Positions 21,655 through 32,132 are shown, numbered from the stretch's first letter. The stretch is DNA of 64,000 nt from Elusimicrobiota bacterium (GCA_041694815.1 JBGFSC010000034.1:1-64000), one strand, 5' to 3'. Made by a program: numbers and translations. Notes: generated from the sequence alone by a model not told the origin.

Positions 21655-22351
21655 AGGATTACTGCTCGTAGACAAGCCACGCGGCTGGAGCTCGCATGAC
21701 ATGGTGGCATGCCTGCGCCGCCGCCTACCGAAAGGCCTCAAGGTCGGCCATTCGGGCACCCTCGACCCGCTGGCGACGGGTCTCCTTGTCCTGCTCTTGG
21801 GCTCCGCGACGAAGAAGGCTTCCCTCTTCCAAGGATTGCCGAAGGTCTACTCCGGCCGTATCCGCTTGGGCGTGGAAACGGATACGGGCGACCTGGAGGG
21901 ATCGCCCCGGCGCGAGGCGGCGGTCCCGGAATTGAGTTTCGAGTCCCTCCAGGCGGAGATGCACCGGCACCTGGGAGTCCACGACATACCCCCGCCGCTT
22001 TTTTCCGCCGTCAAATATAAGGGCCGTCCGCTCTATTCCTACGCTCGGCGCGGTATTGAGCTGTCACCAAAACCCCGCCCCCAACGCGTCGACGAATGGA
22101 CGCTGCTCTCCTGGGATAGGCCCGAGCTCGAGTTCCGACTGCGCTGCTCAGGGGGGACCTACGTGCGATCGCTGGCGGTCCATCTCGGCAGTAGCCTCGG
22201 CAGCGCGGGTGTGCTCAGCGAGCTCCGTCGCGAAGCCGTCGGCCCTTTCGATCTTCGCGGAGCGCTCGGAGCGCGCGAGGCCCGCGAACTCCCCATCGAG
22301 CAGCTCGCCGCGCGGTTGTTGCCCGCCGAAGTCCCCGCTCCCGCCTCGTGA
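21644..22351 (+). CDS. truB: tRNA pseudouridine(55) synthase, short form without C-terminal PUA domain
   Basis: KVGHSGTLDPLATG, CSGGTYVRSL. Confidence 0.95.
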   Translation: MGIEGLLLVDKPRGWSSHDMVACLRRRLPKGLKVGHSGTLDPLATGLLVLLLGSATKKASLFQGLPKVYSGRIRLGVETDTGDLEGSPRREAAVPELSFESLQAEMHRHLGVHDIPPPLFSAVKYKGRPLYSYARRGIELSPKPRPQRVDEWTLLSWDRPELEFRLRCSGGTYVRSLAVHLGSSLGSAGVLSELRREAVGPFDLRGALGAREARELPIEQLAARLLPAEVPAPAS

Positions 22352-23220
22352 AGTCGTTGGTGACGATCGGCACCTTCGACGGGGTGCACCGGGGCCATCA
22401 GAAGCTCATCCGCTGGGTGTTACGCCGAGCGGGGCGATTGAACCTTAAGACCACCGTCGTCGTGCTGGATAGGCCTCCGCGCTTCTTCTTTCACCCGGAC
22501 AAGGCTCTCCCGCTGCTGACCACTCCCGAGGAGCGCCGCGAGCTCATCCTCCGGATGGGCGTCGACTCGGTGCGGATCCTCCCCTTCAACCGCAACATGG
22601 CCCGCGTCCCCCACACGCGCTTCTTCGAGGATTATTTGCTGAGGCGCTGCCGGGCGGGAGGCCTCTTCGTCGGTCCGGACTTCGCCTTCGGCCGCGCCCG
22701 GAAGGGAGACATTCCTTGGATGAGGCGCGCCTGCGACGTGCTGGGCATGCATTTCGGCATACTGCCGCTTGTGCGCGTCGGAGAGCATAAGATCGGTTCC
22801 TCCCATATCCGACAGCTTATCTTGGAAGGTCGCCTGCCCGAGGCCAACCGCCTGCTGGGCCGGCCGCATTTCCTCCTCGCCGCGGTCATCAAGGGCCAGG
22901 GCCTGGGGCGCAAGATCGGCTTTCCCACATTGAACCTGGACGTCCCCGAGAGCAAGCTGTTGCCATCCGGGGTGTTCCGCGTGCGAGTGTCGGGGCCGGG
23001 AATACTGCGCCGAGTCGGCGTGTGCAACGTGGGCGTGCGCCCCACCGTCTCTTCGGAGGGCCGAAGGCACGTAGAGGTCCATCTGCCGGGCTTTAAGGGC
23101 AGCCTTTACGGCCGGACCTTGAAAGTGGAATTTCTCAATCGAATACGTCCCGAAAAGAAGTTCGCCTCGTTGAACGACCTGCGGGAACAGATCGCGCGGG
23201 ACGTCGCGTCGCTCCGCTAA
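22348..23220 (+). CDS. ribF: Riboflavin kinase / FAD synthetase
   Basis: IGTFDGVHRGHQ, GRKIGFPTLN, NVGVRPT. Confidence 0.95.
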   Translation: MKSLVTIGTFDGVHRGHQKLIRWVLRRAGRLNLKTTVVVLDRPPRFFFHPDKALPLLTTPEERRELILRMGVDSVRILPFNRNMARVPHTRFFEDYLLRRCRAGGLFVGPDFAFGRARKGDIPWMRRACDVLGMHFGILPLVRVGEHKIGSSHIRQLILEGRLPEANRLLGRPHFLLAAVIKGQGLGRKIGFPTLNLDVPESKLLPSGVFRVRVSGPGILRRVGVCNVGVRPTVSSEGRRHVEVHLPGFKGSLYGRTLKVEFLNRIRPEKKFASLNDLREQIARDVASLR

Positions 23221-23374
23221 TAGGTCGCGATTCAATGGCGTACCACCTCGCGAAGGGAATAGTGACCGTGCCATCGTAGGTAATGGGTTTGACATTATAG
23301 GACCAAGGACTCATATGGCCTTCTGTCTTTCGATTCATGTCGCTATCCATCCGGCGGAAGTATAATCGAACCGC

Positions 23375-23929
23375 ATGAAGAGAAGCTCTGCCGCCTTGAG
23401 CCTCATCATCGCGCTCTCGGGTGCGGCCCTTGCCAGGCAGCATCACGAGATCGAGACGGAACCGGGGCGCATCTCCCAATTCTTCGACGCCGCCCAAGCC
23501 GCGGCCAGGGATTTTATCAAACGCCGTGGCCGTTACTACGTCGATGCCGAGCGTTGCGCGCCGCGACTGAGGGAGCTCTCGGCATTGCTCTCCCAGCTGT
23601 TGCGCCATATACCGGCCCAGGAGGGCTTGGCCTGCGAGAGACCCTCCTGCCTCGTCGGCGATGCCTCCGGTTTTTACGACAAGACGCTCGTCGACGCGCG
23701 CGTCGCCGCCCTTTTAAGGACCATCGATGGGATGATCGTCAACGGTGAGCTCCGCGCGGCCGAAAAGGCCGTCGATGCGATCCGCAGTGTCCCGGTCGAA
23801 TACAGCTCCTACGTGGCCCAAGGAGATCTGCGGGTACGCAAGCACGACGTCGACTTGAAGGTCGTCCTAGCCCTCGTTTCCATCGAGCGGGCGCGAGCCG
23901 ACATGCAGGCCTCCTGCGGCAAGCCGTGA
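23375..23929 (+). CDS. Hypothetical exported protein
   Basis: Signal peptide; TATAAT 8 nt upstream; GTGA overlap with next gene. Confidence 0.65.
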   Translation: MKRSSAALSLIIALSGAALARQHHEIETEPGRISQFFDAAQAAARDFIKRRGRYYVDAERCAPRLRELSALLSQLLRHIPAQEGLACERPSCLVGDASGFYDKTLVDARVAALLRTIDGMIVNGELRAAEKAVDAIRSVPVEYSSYVAQGDLRVRKHDVDLKVVLALVSIERARADMQASCGKP

Positions 23930-25482
23930 TCGGTCTGGCGGCTCTTTCCTGCCTTCTGCTGCTGCCGGCCGCAACGGGGCAAGCCCATCCAGATTTAGAT
24001 GCCCTCTTCGATAACGCTTTGCCACGCGGCGACAGCGATACTGCTCCGCGGGCTGGGGAGTCGTTCAAGCCTTATCCCTCTGCCTCCGGCGATCCCGCTC
24101 CCCCTCCCCCCGCCTCGCCCTTCGCCGACCCCGCACGGCGCCGGCGGCTTCTCGAGCGGGCGAAGGAGGTCCTGGAGTACAATCGGGAACGCTTCGAGCA
24201 TCAAGGCCGGACGCATGAATTCACGGTACCGGATAAACGCCTCTACCCCTATCAATGGCTTTGGGATTCCGTTTTTCACGCGATGGGAATACGCCATTAC
24301 GATGTCGGCCGTGCCCGGGCGGAACTGGAGACCCTCTTAGCGGGCCAGCATGCCGATGGACTGCTGCCGCATATGCTGCAGCTCCACCCCGAACAGCTTC
24401 GCGCCCGCGCCGTGGCTCGCCTAGGGAGGACCCTAAGACGTTTCGACATCCCCGGCGCCTTCGCTGCGGCCGGCGCCGCACTTCGTTTCTCGCTTGAACC
24501 TCTTTACATGCGCGCGGCCTATCCAGGATACGACAAGACCCATTCGAGCCATCTGACGCAATCTCCTGTGGCAGCCGAGGGAGCCGCCGCGGTCGCCGAG
24601 TCCCTCGGCGGGGCGGAGGGAAAACATTTTCTCGAGAGCGTTTTTCCGAAACTGTACGCGTACTATGAATGGCTTCATCGCGAGCGGGACGTAGATAAAG
24701 ACGGTTTGATCACGATTTATAATTCCGTCGAGACCGGCACGGACGATAATAGCCGCTGGGATCTGGTCTATGGCGTCCAGCCGGGCGGTCGCATTACGTG
24801 GAAGGAGAACCTAGGCTTGACGCTACGGCAGAGGCTCTTCGGCGCCAAGTCTTCATTTGAAGCCAAGGCCGTCGACATGAGCAGTTATTACTATCAAAAC
24901 CTGAAGGTGCTTGCCCAAATCGCCCAGACGCTCGGCAAAGACAGGGAGGCTCGTATCTTGTTGGCGCGCGCAGCCCAGACGCGGGAATCGATTTTAAACA
25001 AGATGTGGGATGATCAGGCCGGCATCTTCGTCGACCTAGCCAAAATCGATGGGAAGGAGACCCCCTTGCGCGTATTGACCCCCTTCGGCGCCATCCCGCT
25101 GTACGCTGGGATACTCGATCCCAATGACACTCGGGTCCCCAGGCTCCTGGAACCCTTCTCCGACCCAACCCGCCTTCAAGCCCCCTATGGGATCCCCTCG
25201 GTCTCGCGCAGCGACCCGAGTTTCGAAGCGCAGCGCTATTGGCGCGGCACGAGCTGGATCAACGTCAACTATTTTATCGCGCGGGCGATGCTTCAATATG
25301 GCCGTAACGCGGAGGCCAGAAATCTTATCTATCAGGCCTTCGAAATGGTCGAGCGTGGCGGTTTTAGGGAATATTTCAACGCGGAAACAGGAACGGGATA
25401 CGGCGGCAATCCGTATTCCTGGACAGCCTCCTTGCTATTTGAACTCGAGGCCCTTCTTGAGCAGGCCGAGAAGGCCGCTTGA
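23926..25482 (+). CDS. Exported six-hairpin glycosidase (GH63/MGH1-, trehalase-like)
   Basis: YPYQWLWDS, ETGTDDNSRWD, YWRGTSWINVN, FREYF, YSWTA. Confidence 0.85.
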   Translation: MIGLAALSCLLLLPAATGQAHPDLDALFDNALPRGDSDTAPRAGESFKPYPSASGDPAPPPPASPFADPARRRRLLERAKEVLEYNRERFEHQGRTHEFTVPDKRLYPYQWLWDSVFHAMGIRHYDVGRARAELETLLAGQHADGLLPHMLQLHPEQLRARAVARLGRTLRRFDIPGAFAAAGAALRFSLEPLYMRAAYPGYDKTHSSHLTQSPVAAEGAAAVAESLGGAEGKHFLESVFPKLYAYYEWLHRERDVDKDGLITIYNSVETGTDDNSRWDLVYGVQPGGRITWKENLGLTLRQRLFGAKSSFEAKAVDMSSYYYQNLKVLAQIAQTLGKDREARILLARAAQTRESILNKMWDDQAGIFVDLAKIDGKETPLRVLTPFGAIPLYAGILDPNDTRVPRLLEPFSDPTRLQAPYGIPSVSRSDPSFEAQRYWRGTSWINVNYFIARAMLQYGRNAEARNLIYQAFEMVERGGFREYFNAETGTGYGGNPYSWTASLLFELEALLEQAEKAA

Positions 25483-26646
25483 CTCCTTCTTAAGGAGATC
25501 GGCGAACTTCTCCCAAGGCGCGTCCCAACAGCCCCAAAAGTGGTAATAACGGCGGATATGCCCCGGCTGTAGCGAGGCCGCCCCGAAGTCGGCCGCCGTG
25601 TATTCGGCGCTCTTGCGGCAGCGCATAAAGGCCCGGGTCCCCTGGGAGCCGGAGATCCGATTGCCGCGGACGACCCCGGCCGCGATCCCGTCGACGGCCA
25701 GGCCGACTACGGCGCCTGAAACCTCGTTGTTCTCGATGGTGCCGGCGTCGCGGACGTTGAGATTCATGAACCAGGGGTGCGGGCCGACGACGATTCCGAA
25801 GGCCAGCCGGTCCCGCGCCGAGACAATCGTATTGTCCCGATAGACGGAGCCGGAGTGGTCCCCGTTGCCCGAGTTCCCTCCGGTAAAGTTGAACACGTGC
25901 AGGCCGGCGAAGCCGTAGACCGCCGACTGCTCGATCCGGTTACCCTCGATGCGGCAGTCGCGGCCTCCTCCGACGACGATGTTGATGTCGGTGTTGTCCT
26001 TGAAGAAGTTGCCGCGCACCCGGCCTTGGTCGCATCGCAAAAGGGTCAGGCCGTCGGCCCAAGGCTCCGGCGTCTCAGGGGCTTGATCCTTCGAGAATCC
26101 GTTATTTTCGAAACGGCAGTTCTCAATCTCGTAATCGGATCCCGCCACCTCGCAGGCGGAGCCGCACATGGCGTGGATGGAGTCGACGTGGCGGAGAGCG
26201 AAGGCGCTGCCCCGAGGCTGAAGGTTGGTGCCGAAATCGCGGTATCCCTTGCATTCCCGCCGCCGGAGGCGGTTGCCGACATTGCCGTCGAAGATAAGAT
26301 GCGACAAGGAATAATCGGAGACGTCATCGCCCACGGCCAGCATGGGCGCGAAAAGCTCCGGATGGGCCAAGAGCCGAGCCCTCTGCGGGGGCCGCGAGGA
26401 CCTAAGCTGCGTCTGGGACTTCCTCAGGCGCAGGCCCTTGCGCAGGATGTAGCCGGGAAGGCCGGGCTCAAGCTCGACTACGCCGCCGGCGTCCAGGCAG
26501 GCTTGGAGGGCTTCGTCGTCCGGGATCTGGTCGTTGGGGTCGGCCCGAGGGCAAAGGGATGGCGCGGCGAAGGCGCTCTCCGCCATGAAAACCGCAAGTA
26601 GCAACGCGAGGAACATGGACGTTATTTTAGCATGACGGCGGCTCAT
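25435..26646 (-). CDS. Exported right-handed parallel beta-helix protein
   Basis: Signal peptide; repeated IENCRF/VRGNFF/IEGNRI/IENNEV motifs. Confidence 0.75.
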   Translation of the reverse strand: MSRRHAKITSMFLALLLAVFMAESAFAAPSLCPRADPNDQIPDDEALQACLDAGGVVELEPGLPGYILRKGLRLRKSQTQLRSSRPPQRARLLAHPELFAPMLAVGDDVSDYSLSHLIFDGNVGNRLRRRECKGYRDFGTNLQPRGSAFALRHVDSIHAMCGSACEVAGSDYEIENCRFENNGFSKDQAPETPEPWADGLTLLRCDQGRVRGNFFKDNTDINIVVGGGRDCRIEGNRIEQSAVYGFAGLHVFNFTGGNSGNGDHSGSVYRDNTIVSARDRLAFGIVVGPHPWFMNLNVRDAGTIENNEVSGAVVGLAVDGIAAGVVRGNRISGSQGTRAFMRCRKSAEYTAADFGAASLQPGHIRRYYHFWGCWDAPWEKFADLLKKESSGLLGLLKKGLEFK

Positions 26647-27299
26647 GCGGGAAGCATTGCTTGGAGTCTCTCGAAATTCAACTGCCCCAGCCCTTGGACG
26701 ACTAAGTCCGCCTCGGAGAAATCTTGATCCTCGTTGAAGCCGTTGCGCAGGCCCACGCAGCGCAGGCGCGCGCGCTTGGCGGCGACCACCCCGTTGCGGG
26801 AGTCCTCGATCGCGACGCAGCGCTCGGCGTCAACGTCGAGGCGTTCGCAAGCCCTCCGGTAGATCGCCGGCGAAGGCTTGCCTTGGCCGCCGAGCTCATC
26901 GGCGCTGACGACGGTCTCGAAAAACGGGGCTAGGGAAAAGCGCTCGATCACGAGAGTGATCCATCGGGCGGGAGAGGAGGACGCCAGAGCGAGCCGCACG
27001 CCCCTGGCGAGCAGGTCCTCCGCGAGGGGTTTAAAGCCCGGCAGGAGCTCCGTTTCCCGACGGTAGATCGCCTCGGCGACGCGCCCGTAAAGGAGACGAA
27101 AGCGGCCGATGTCCATCCTCAGCCCGTGCTTGCGGGCCAGCCAGGCGTGCAGATCATCGACGCTGAGTCCCAATAGGCAGGTTCGATCGACCGATCCGGG
27201 GTCCCCTAACAGCTCCTCGAGGAAGACGGCCTCATGGCGTTTCCAGTGGGATTCGCTGTCAACGACGACGCCGTCCATATCGAAGATGACGGCGTCCAC
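26643..27299 (-). CDS. HAD-superfamily phosphatase (beta-PGM-like)
   Basis: FDMDGVVVDS, ASSS, KPSP, IEDS. Confidence 0.92.
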   Translation of the reverse strand: MDAVIFDMDGVVVDSESHWKRHEAVFLEELLGDPGSVDRTCLLGLSVDDLHAWLARKHGLRMDIGRFRLLYGRVAEAIYRRETELLPGFKPLAEDLLARGVRLALASSSPARWITLVIERFSLAPFFETVVSADELGGQGKPSPAIYRRACERLDVDAERCVAIEDSRNGVVAAKRARLRCVGLRNGFNEDQDFSEADLVVQGLGQLNFERLQAMLPA

Positions 27300-28162
27300 T
27301 ACCTTATGATTTCCACTTCCTGGACGGGATGGATCTCCCAGAGCGAGGCCCGGCCCTTGCCGAGGATCGGGTGGCGGGCGTCATACTCCTCCTCGAACTT
27401 GTGGAACGAATCGTAGTAGGTCCAGCCGCGCACGCGGACACGGTCGCCCACCTTGGGCAGGGGCATCTCCGGATGGCGCAGCCGCCACTCGGGGGTGATC
27501 TCCATGTGGATCGGAGGGATGTCGAAGGTGACGTCGCCGTCGAAAGAGACGACGCTGCGCTCCGTGACCAGGCCGGTGACCTCGATGCCGGTGGCCACGT
27601 TGAGCTTGCCGCGTCGGAGCTCCTCCACCGTCGAGGCGACGGTCCGCCGGGGAAAGCGGAGGCGGTGCTTCATCATGAAGATGCGCAGCGGGCCCAAGCG
27701 GAGGAACTCTTCCAAGGGGATGTCCTCGGGCAGGACCTCCTCTCCCCGGCGCAGGCAGTCAAGCTCGGAGTCCAAAAAGGCCAGCAGCTCCGCCTCCCTT
27801 CCTCGTTGCCCGGCGCTCCAACGCAGTTGAAGGATGAGATGGCGCGCCAAGGAGCGGGAATACGGGAGGACGTCCTCGCGGTGGCGCAATTGCTCCAAGA
27901 GCGTCTCGAGCTGCCGCAGCAGCGGGCGCGTCGAGCCGTTGAGCGCCTTATCGGCGCGCAACCTTCGGGCGACGGAGGCGAGTTTTTGGAAGAGGGACTC
28001 GCGCGCCTGGAGGTCGGCTCCGGTTTCCGCGAGCGTCGATTCCAACGCGTCGGCCAGACGCCTCAAGTCGGCACGGACGGAGCGGGGAGGGATATCCGCA
28101 TCGCCCTGACTCATGGTCGGCAAGGCGAAGAGTAGGAATGCCAGGACTAACAGTTTGCTCAT
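27299..28162 (-). CDS. Exported protein with C-terminal OB-fold-like domain
   Basis: Signal peptide; DGDVTF..EITP..GDRVRVRGW..WEIHPV. Confidence 0.65.
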   Translation of the reverse strand: MSKLLVLAFLLFALPTMSQGDADIPPRSVRADLRRLADALESTLAETGADLQARESLFQKLASVARRLRADKALNGSTRPLLRQLETLLEQLRHREDVLPYSRSLARHLILQLRWSAGQRGREAELLAFLDSELDCLRRGEEVLPEDIPLEEFLRLGPLRIFMMKHRLRFPRRTVASTVEELRRGKLNVATGIEVTGLVTERSVVSFDGDVTFDIPPIHMEITPEWRLRHPEMPLPKVGDRVRVRGWTYYDSFHKFEEEYDARHPILGKGRASLWEIHPVQEVEIIR

Positions 28163-28815
28163 CGATCCCCCTTAGCGCGGCAGAAATGCAGGCCGGTTCC
28201 GATCAAACCCCCCCAAAGGATGGCGGTCCCCAGTTCGCCGGGTGACGGCAGCAGGGCTCCGCCGCGCGGGCCGAGCATGGAAAAGCGCTCCAGCAGCAAC
28301 TGGAGCCCTCGGTCGAGCGGATAGGCGACGGCCAGCGAGGCGAGAGGAGGCCCGAAGGTCCGCCAGGAAAACCGGCGGGCCGTCTCCCACGCCATGACGA
28401 GCACGGCCGCCGCGTTGGCGGCGATATAGGATCCCAATACTAGATAAAACCAAGCTAAGGTGGGAGCCTCCATGGCCCCCTCGCCCCAGGAGAACGCCCG
28501 TGTCGAGATCCCCAAGACCAGCGAGAGGGCCAAGAAGGCGGCGGCGGAGGAGCCCGCCGCCCGTAGCAGCCTCCGGCGCCAGCCACCGCCGCCCGTGGCC
28601 GCCGCGAGGCAAGCGTAATACGTCGCGGTGAAGAGCGTCATGTCGAAAAACGGGGGCCCGTGCGCTCCCTTGAGCCAGGAGTCGGCGTCGGCGCTCAATT
28701 GATGGGCGGCCATCACCAGCCAAGGCCCGGCGAGCCCTCCCAGCAGGCCACCGAAGCCTCCTGTCAAGGCCCCGCCCGCCGCCCCGGAGCCGACGCCGCC
28801 GCGCGCCGGACTCAA
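28159..28815 (-). CDS. Hypothetical integral membrane protein
   Basis: Hydrophobic 3' part of ORF 28159..29958; in-frame TTG overlaps the ALDH stop (TTGA). Confidence 0.6.
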   Translation of the reverse strand: MSPARGGVGSGAAGGALTGGFGGLLGGLAGPWLVMAAHQLSADADSWLKGAHGPPFFDMTLFTATYYACLAAATGGGGWRRRLLRAAGSSAAAFLALSLVLGISTRAFSWGEGAMEAPTLAWFYLVLGSYIAANAAAVLVMAWETARRFSWRTFGPPLASLAVAYPLDRGLQLLLERFSMLGPRGGALLPSPGELGTAILWGGLIGTGLHFCRAKGDR

Positions 28816-30323
28816 TAGATGTTGGACTCCCTTTTCGAGCCGGTGTAGTCGAGGAAGACGGTCTTGGGCTCGGTGAAGAAGCGAACCCCTTCCTTGGCCA
28901 TCTCCCGTTCGCCGACCCCGGAGCCCTTCACTCCGCCGAAGGGAACCGACGCCTCGCCGCCGATCGTCGGCGAGTTGACATGGACCATCCCCGCGTCCAT
29001 CTCCTCGATGAAACGCATGGTGATGGACAGGTCCTGGGTGTAGACGGCGCTGGTCAGCCCGAAGGGGCAATCGTTGGCTAAAGACATGGCCTGCTCGAAG
29101 GAGGAGGCCCGAGCGACCGATAGCACGGGGCCGAAAATCTCCTCCTGGTAAATCCGCATCGACGGCTTGACCCCGTCGAAAATGGCTGGTTCGACGAAGA
29201 AGCCGTGCCGTAATTCCCCTTCCTGGAGGCGCCGGCCGCCGAAGAGAAGCCGGGCCCCTTCGCGCTTGCCGATCTCGACGTATTCGAGATCGGTTTCGAG
29301 CTGGCCCGCGTCCACCGCGGGGCCCATGCCGGATTTGGGGTCTAAGCCGTTGCCAACCTTGATCTTGGCGGTCTCTTGCACGAGCCTCTCGAGGAACCGG
29401 TCCGCCACCTTTTCGTGCAGGATGAGCCGGCTGGTCGCGGTGCAGCGCTGGCCCGTCGAGCCGAAGGCGCCCTTGAGCACCCCGGCCAAGGCGAGCTCCA
29501 GGTCGGCGTCCTGCCAGACCACGCAGGGGTTCTTGCCTCCCATCTCGCAGGTCACTTTGATCCCGCGGCGTCCCGCGATCGAATGGACCCCCTTTCCTAC
29601 CGAATTGGATCCCGTAAAGGAGACCGCCTTGATCCGGGGGTCCTCCACGAGCAGGTTGCCGATGCTCGATCCGGAGCCCAGCACGAGGTTGAGCACTCCC
29701 GCCGGCAGCCCGGCCTCGTCGAAGATGGACACCAGTTCCGCGGCCATCGCGGGGACCAAGGAGGCCGGCTTGAATACCACCGTGTTGCCACCGACCAGCG
29801 CGGGGGCGATCTTCCAGCAGGGGATCGCCCATGGAAAATTCCAGGGAGTGATCACGCTGACGACGCCGAGGGGCTGGCGAATCGTAAGCAGCAGGTTGCG
29901 CGGCAGCTCCGAGGGAGCGGTCTCGCCCATCAGGCGAAGTCCCTCGCCCGAGAACCATTCCAAAAGCCGGATCCCCTTCTCCATCTCCCCAAGGGATTCC
30001 GGCAGAATCTTCCCCTGCTCACGGGTCATGAGTCGAGCGAGCTCCTCGCGCCTGCGCCAGGCGATCTCAGCGGCCTTGGCCAGGATCCGGCCGCGGACAG
30101 GCCCCGGCGTCGCTTTCCACGGACCGAAGGCCTTTTCAGCCGCGTCGATCGCGCGGAGGGCGTCGGAAGGGGCGGCGTTCTGGAAAACGGCGATGGTCTC
30201 GCGGGTGTCGGCCGGATTGACCGAGGCGATCTCGCGATCGCCGGAGCCGGCCACCCATTGCCCCCCGATGCGCTGCTTAAGGGTCAGCGTCTTGCCTTCC
30301 TTTTCCTTCGTGAGCGTGTTCAT
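28812..30323 (-). CDS. NAD(P)-dependent aldehyde dehydrogenase
   Basis: ITPWNFP, FTGS, EMGGKNP, GQRCTA, EEIFGP. Confidence 0.95.
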   Translation of the reverse strand: MNTLTKEKEGKTLTLKQRIGGQWVAGSGDREIASVNPADTRETIAVFQNAAPSDALRAIDAAEKAFGPWKATPGPVRGRILAKAAEIAWRRREELARLMTREQGKILPESLGEMEKGIRLLEWFSGEGLRLMGETAPSELPRNLLLTIRQPLGVVSVITPWNFPWAIPCWKIAPALVGGNTVVFKPASLVPAMAAELVSIFDEAGLPAGVLNLVLGSGSSIGNLLVEDPRIKAVSFTGSNSVGKGVHSIAGRRGIKVTCEMGGKNPCVVWQDADLELALAGVLKGAFGSTGQRCTATSRLILHEKVADRFLERLVQETAKIKVGNGLDPKSGMGPAVDAGQLETDLEYVEIGKREGARLLFGGRRLQEGELRHGFFVEPAIFDGVKPSMRIYQEEIFGPVLSVARASSFEQAMSLANDCPFGLTSAVYTQDLSITMRFIEEMDAGMVHVNSPTIGGEASVPFGGVKGSGVGEREMAKEGVRFFTEPKTVFLDYTGSKRESNIY

Positions 30324-31153
30324 GATTTCCTCCCGGTAGTTAGAACGGCATGGGCGTTTTGCAGGATGAGAAAAGAGCGGAATAGTTCGATCTCGCGGCC
30401 AAGGTCGGCGATGTCGCGCTCGAGCGACTTGATATGGGCACCGAGCGTCTCACGGACCCCCAAGAGGGGACGGGACGCCTTCGCGTCGCCGGCGGACAAG
30501 GAAACAAGGGTGCGCTTGAGCTCGGCGAGGCCTTCCTTGAATTCGCTCTGCAGGGCCTCCAGGGCCTCCAGCGAGGAGAGGCTCCGCTTGGGCGGAGCGC
30601 CGACGCCTAGGCGGCGCCGGGCCTGCTCGACGTCGAGGCGGGCGCGGCGCAGGTCCGCGGAACGGTTTTCCCGGTTGTAATTGTTCCGGACCGAAAGAAG
30701 CCGTACGGCGTCCTCTTGGGGCAAGGCCATGGGCATGGAGCTGACCTTGACGAGGAAATCATCCCGCTTCGCCGCTGCCATCTGCAAAGACAGCAGCAGG
30801 GTGTCCTGCTGTTCGCTGAGCCGCTCCACCGGATCCGAGCCGGAGGAGGGCAGGAACCTGCGCAGCTGCTGGGGATCCCGGAGCAGGTTTTCTAGCTCGA
30901 CTCGGCCGGACTCGGTCGAAGCCTCCGCCGAAAGGATGAGGGAGCGTATCCATCGCAAGGTCTTATCCGCGTCCGGTGCGGAGGATTCGGCCGCGTTCTC
31001 TAAATTCGACTCCTCGGCCTCCGCGACCGCCCGGCGCATTTCCGGGTCGCTCAGCGAGTCGTCGGCGTCCTTGTCGGCGGCCTGTACTCCCGAGATGACT
31101 CCGACAAAGCAAAGCGACAGCAAGACCCACAAGGGATTACGCCCCATAAGCAC
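30320..31153 (-). CDS. Hypothetical exported coiled-coil protein
   Basis: Signal peptide; helical heptads; ATGA overlap with ALDH. Confidence 0.6.
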   Translation of the reverse strand: MLMGRNPLWVLLSLCFVGVISGVQAADKDADDSLSDPEMRRAVAEAEESNLENAAESSAPDADKTLRWIRSLILSAEASTESGRVELENLLRDPQQLRRFLPSSGSDPVERLSEQQDTLLLSLQMAAAKRDDFLVKVSSMPMALPQEDAVRLLSVRNNYNRENRSADLRRARLDVEQARRRLGVGAPPKRSLSSLEALEALQSEFKEGLAELKRTLVSLSAGDAKASRPLLGVRETLGAHIKSLERDIADLGREIELFRSFLILQNAHAVLTTGRKS

Positions 31154-32036
31154 CTCCCGCCAGCACGCAACGCTGCAAAGAGCCCGCGATCCTGCGTTCG
31201 TCGATGCGCGAGCCGATGAAGAGCAGCTCGTTGTCCGAGCCGTTCCTGCCGCCCTTAAGGGGTTCCCGTTCGTAGCTTCCGGTCAAGTATTGCACCTCAT
31301 GCCGGCCGCTGGGCAGGCGGACGCGGCCCTTGGCACGGTATATCTCGCGAGGTAGATTCTCCATGAAGGAGCGCAGTCCCGCGGGATCGAGGACTCCGGG
31401 CATGCGGATGCGCAGGGATTCGAAACCAGCCGAGCGGGTGCCCGAGGCGCCCTCGAGTATGCCGTGCAGGTCGACGTTCCCTCGGCGGGCCCGCACGACG
31501 AGGGCCTTCGGATTGAGCTTGCGGATCTCCTTTTCGGCCTCGACAATCTGGTTGCGCGTGGCGACGTCGGTCTTGTTCAAGACGACGATATCGGCCGCGC
31601 GCAGCTGCAGGACGTAGAAATAGGCCAGGGTTTGGAAAAGGCTAAAGAAGCCGGCGGTGTCTACGACCACCACGCTCGGTTCGACCGAAAAGGAATGGCG
31701 CAGCGAGGGGGCCTCGCGGAGGGTCCGGAGGATGCGGGCGGGCTCGGCGATCCCCGTGGATTCGATGAGCACACGGTCTGGAGCCGAGCGGCAGAGGGTC
31801 TTGAGCGCCACCACGAAATCGTTGGAGACCTGGCAGCAGATGCAGCCGTTGGCCATCTCGGAGGCGCGGGATTTGGCCGCCCGCAGCGTCTTGGCGTCGA
31901 GCGAGACTTCCCCGATCTCGTTGAGCAGCACGGCGACCCGCTCCCCGCTGGTCTTGAGGAAATGCCGGATCAGGGTCGTCTTACCCGAGCCGAGAAAACC
32001 GGCTATTAAATTAACTTTAATGATTTTCTTGGGCAC
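31137..32036 (-). CDS. COG0523/CobW-family G3E GTPase (putative metallochaperone)
   Basis: GFLGSGKTT, NEIGE, GCICC, IESTG, LNKTD, YRAKG. Confidence 0.9.
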   Translation of the reverse strand: MPKKIIKVNLIAGFLGSGKTTLIRHFLKTSGERVAVLLNEIGEVSLDAKTLRAAKSRASEMANGCICCQVSNDFVVALKTLCRSAPDRVLIESTGIAEPARILRTLREAPSLRHSFSVEPSVVVVDTAGFFSLFQTLAYFYVLQLRAADIVVLNKTDVATRNQIVEAEKEIRKLNPKALVVRARRGNVDLHGILEGASGTRSAGFESLRIRMPGVLDPAGLRSFMENLPREIYRAKGRVRLPSGRHEVQYLTGSYEREPLKGGRNGSDNELLFIGSRIDERRIAGSLQRCVLAGGAYGA

Positions 32037-32050
32037 TTTTGCTTAATGTC

Positions 32051-32122
32051 TCAATTAAGGCGTCGATGCTTTCGGCTGAGTCCTGCCAGGGCGAACTCCG
32101 CCTTTAATTTAGAGTCGTCCAT
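32051..32122 (-). CDS. Putative 23-aa peptide MDDSKLKAEFALAGLSRKHRRLN
   Basis: AAGGAGG 4 nt before ATG, directly after the hydA stop. Confidence 0.4.
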   Translation of the reverse strand: MDDSKLKAEFALAGLSRKHRRLN

Positions 32123-32132
32123 GACGCCTCCT

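Noticed and set aside
28816..29958. Long 5' extensions in the ORF track (also dxr 8616, NCS1 35878, hydA 33767, nuoB/C/D/J, TPR 56798)
   Set aside because: They overlap upstream genes in another frame; coupled starts downstream fit homology better
32051..32053. TGA readthrough or selenocysteine joining the small ORF to the GTPase
   Set aside because: The small ORF is not in frame with the GTPase, and readthrough soon meets TAA
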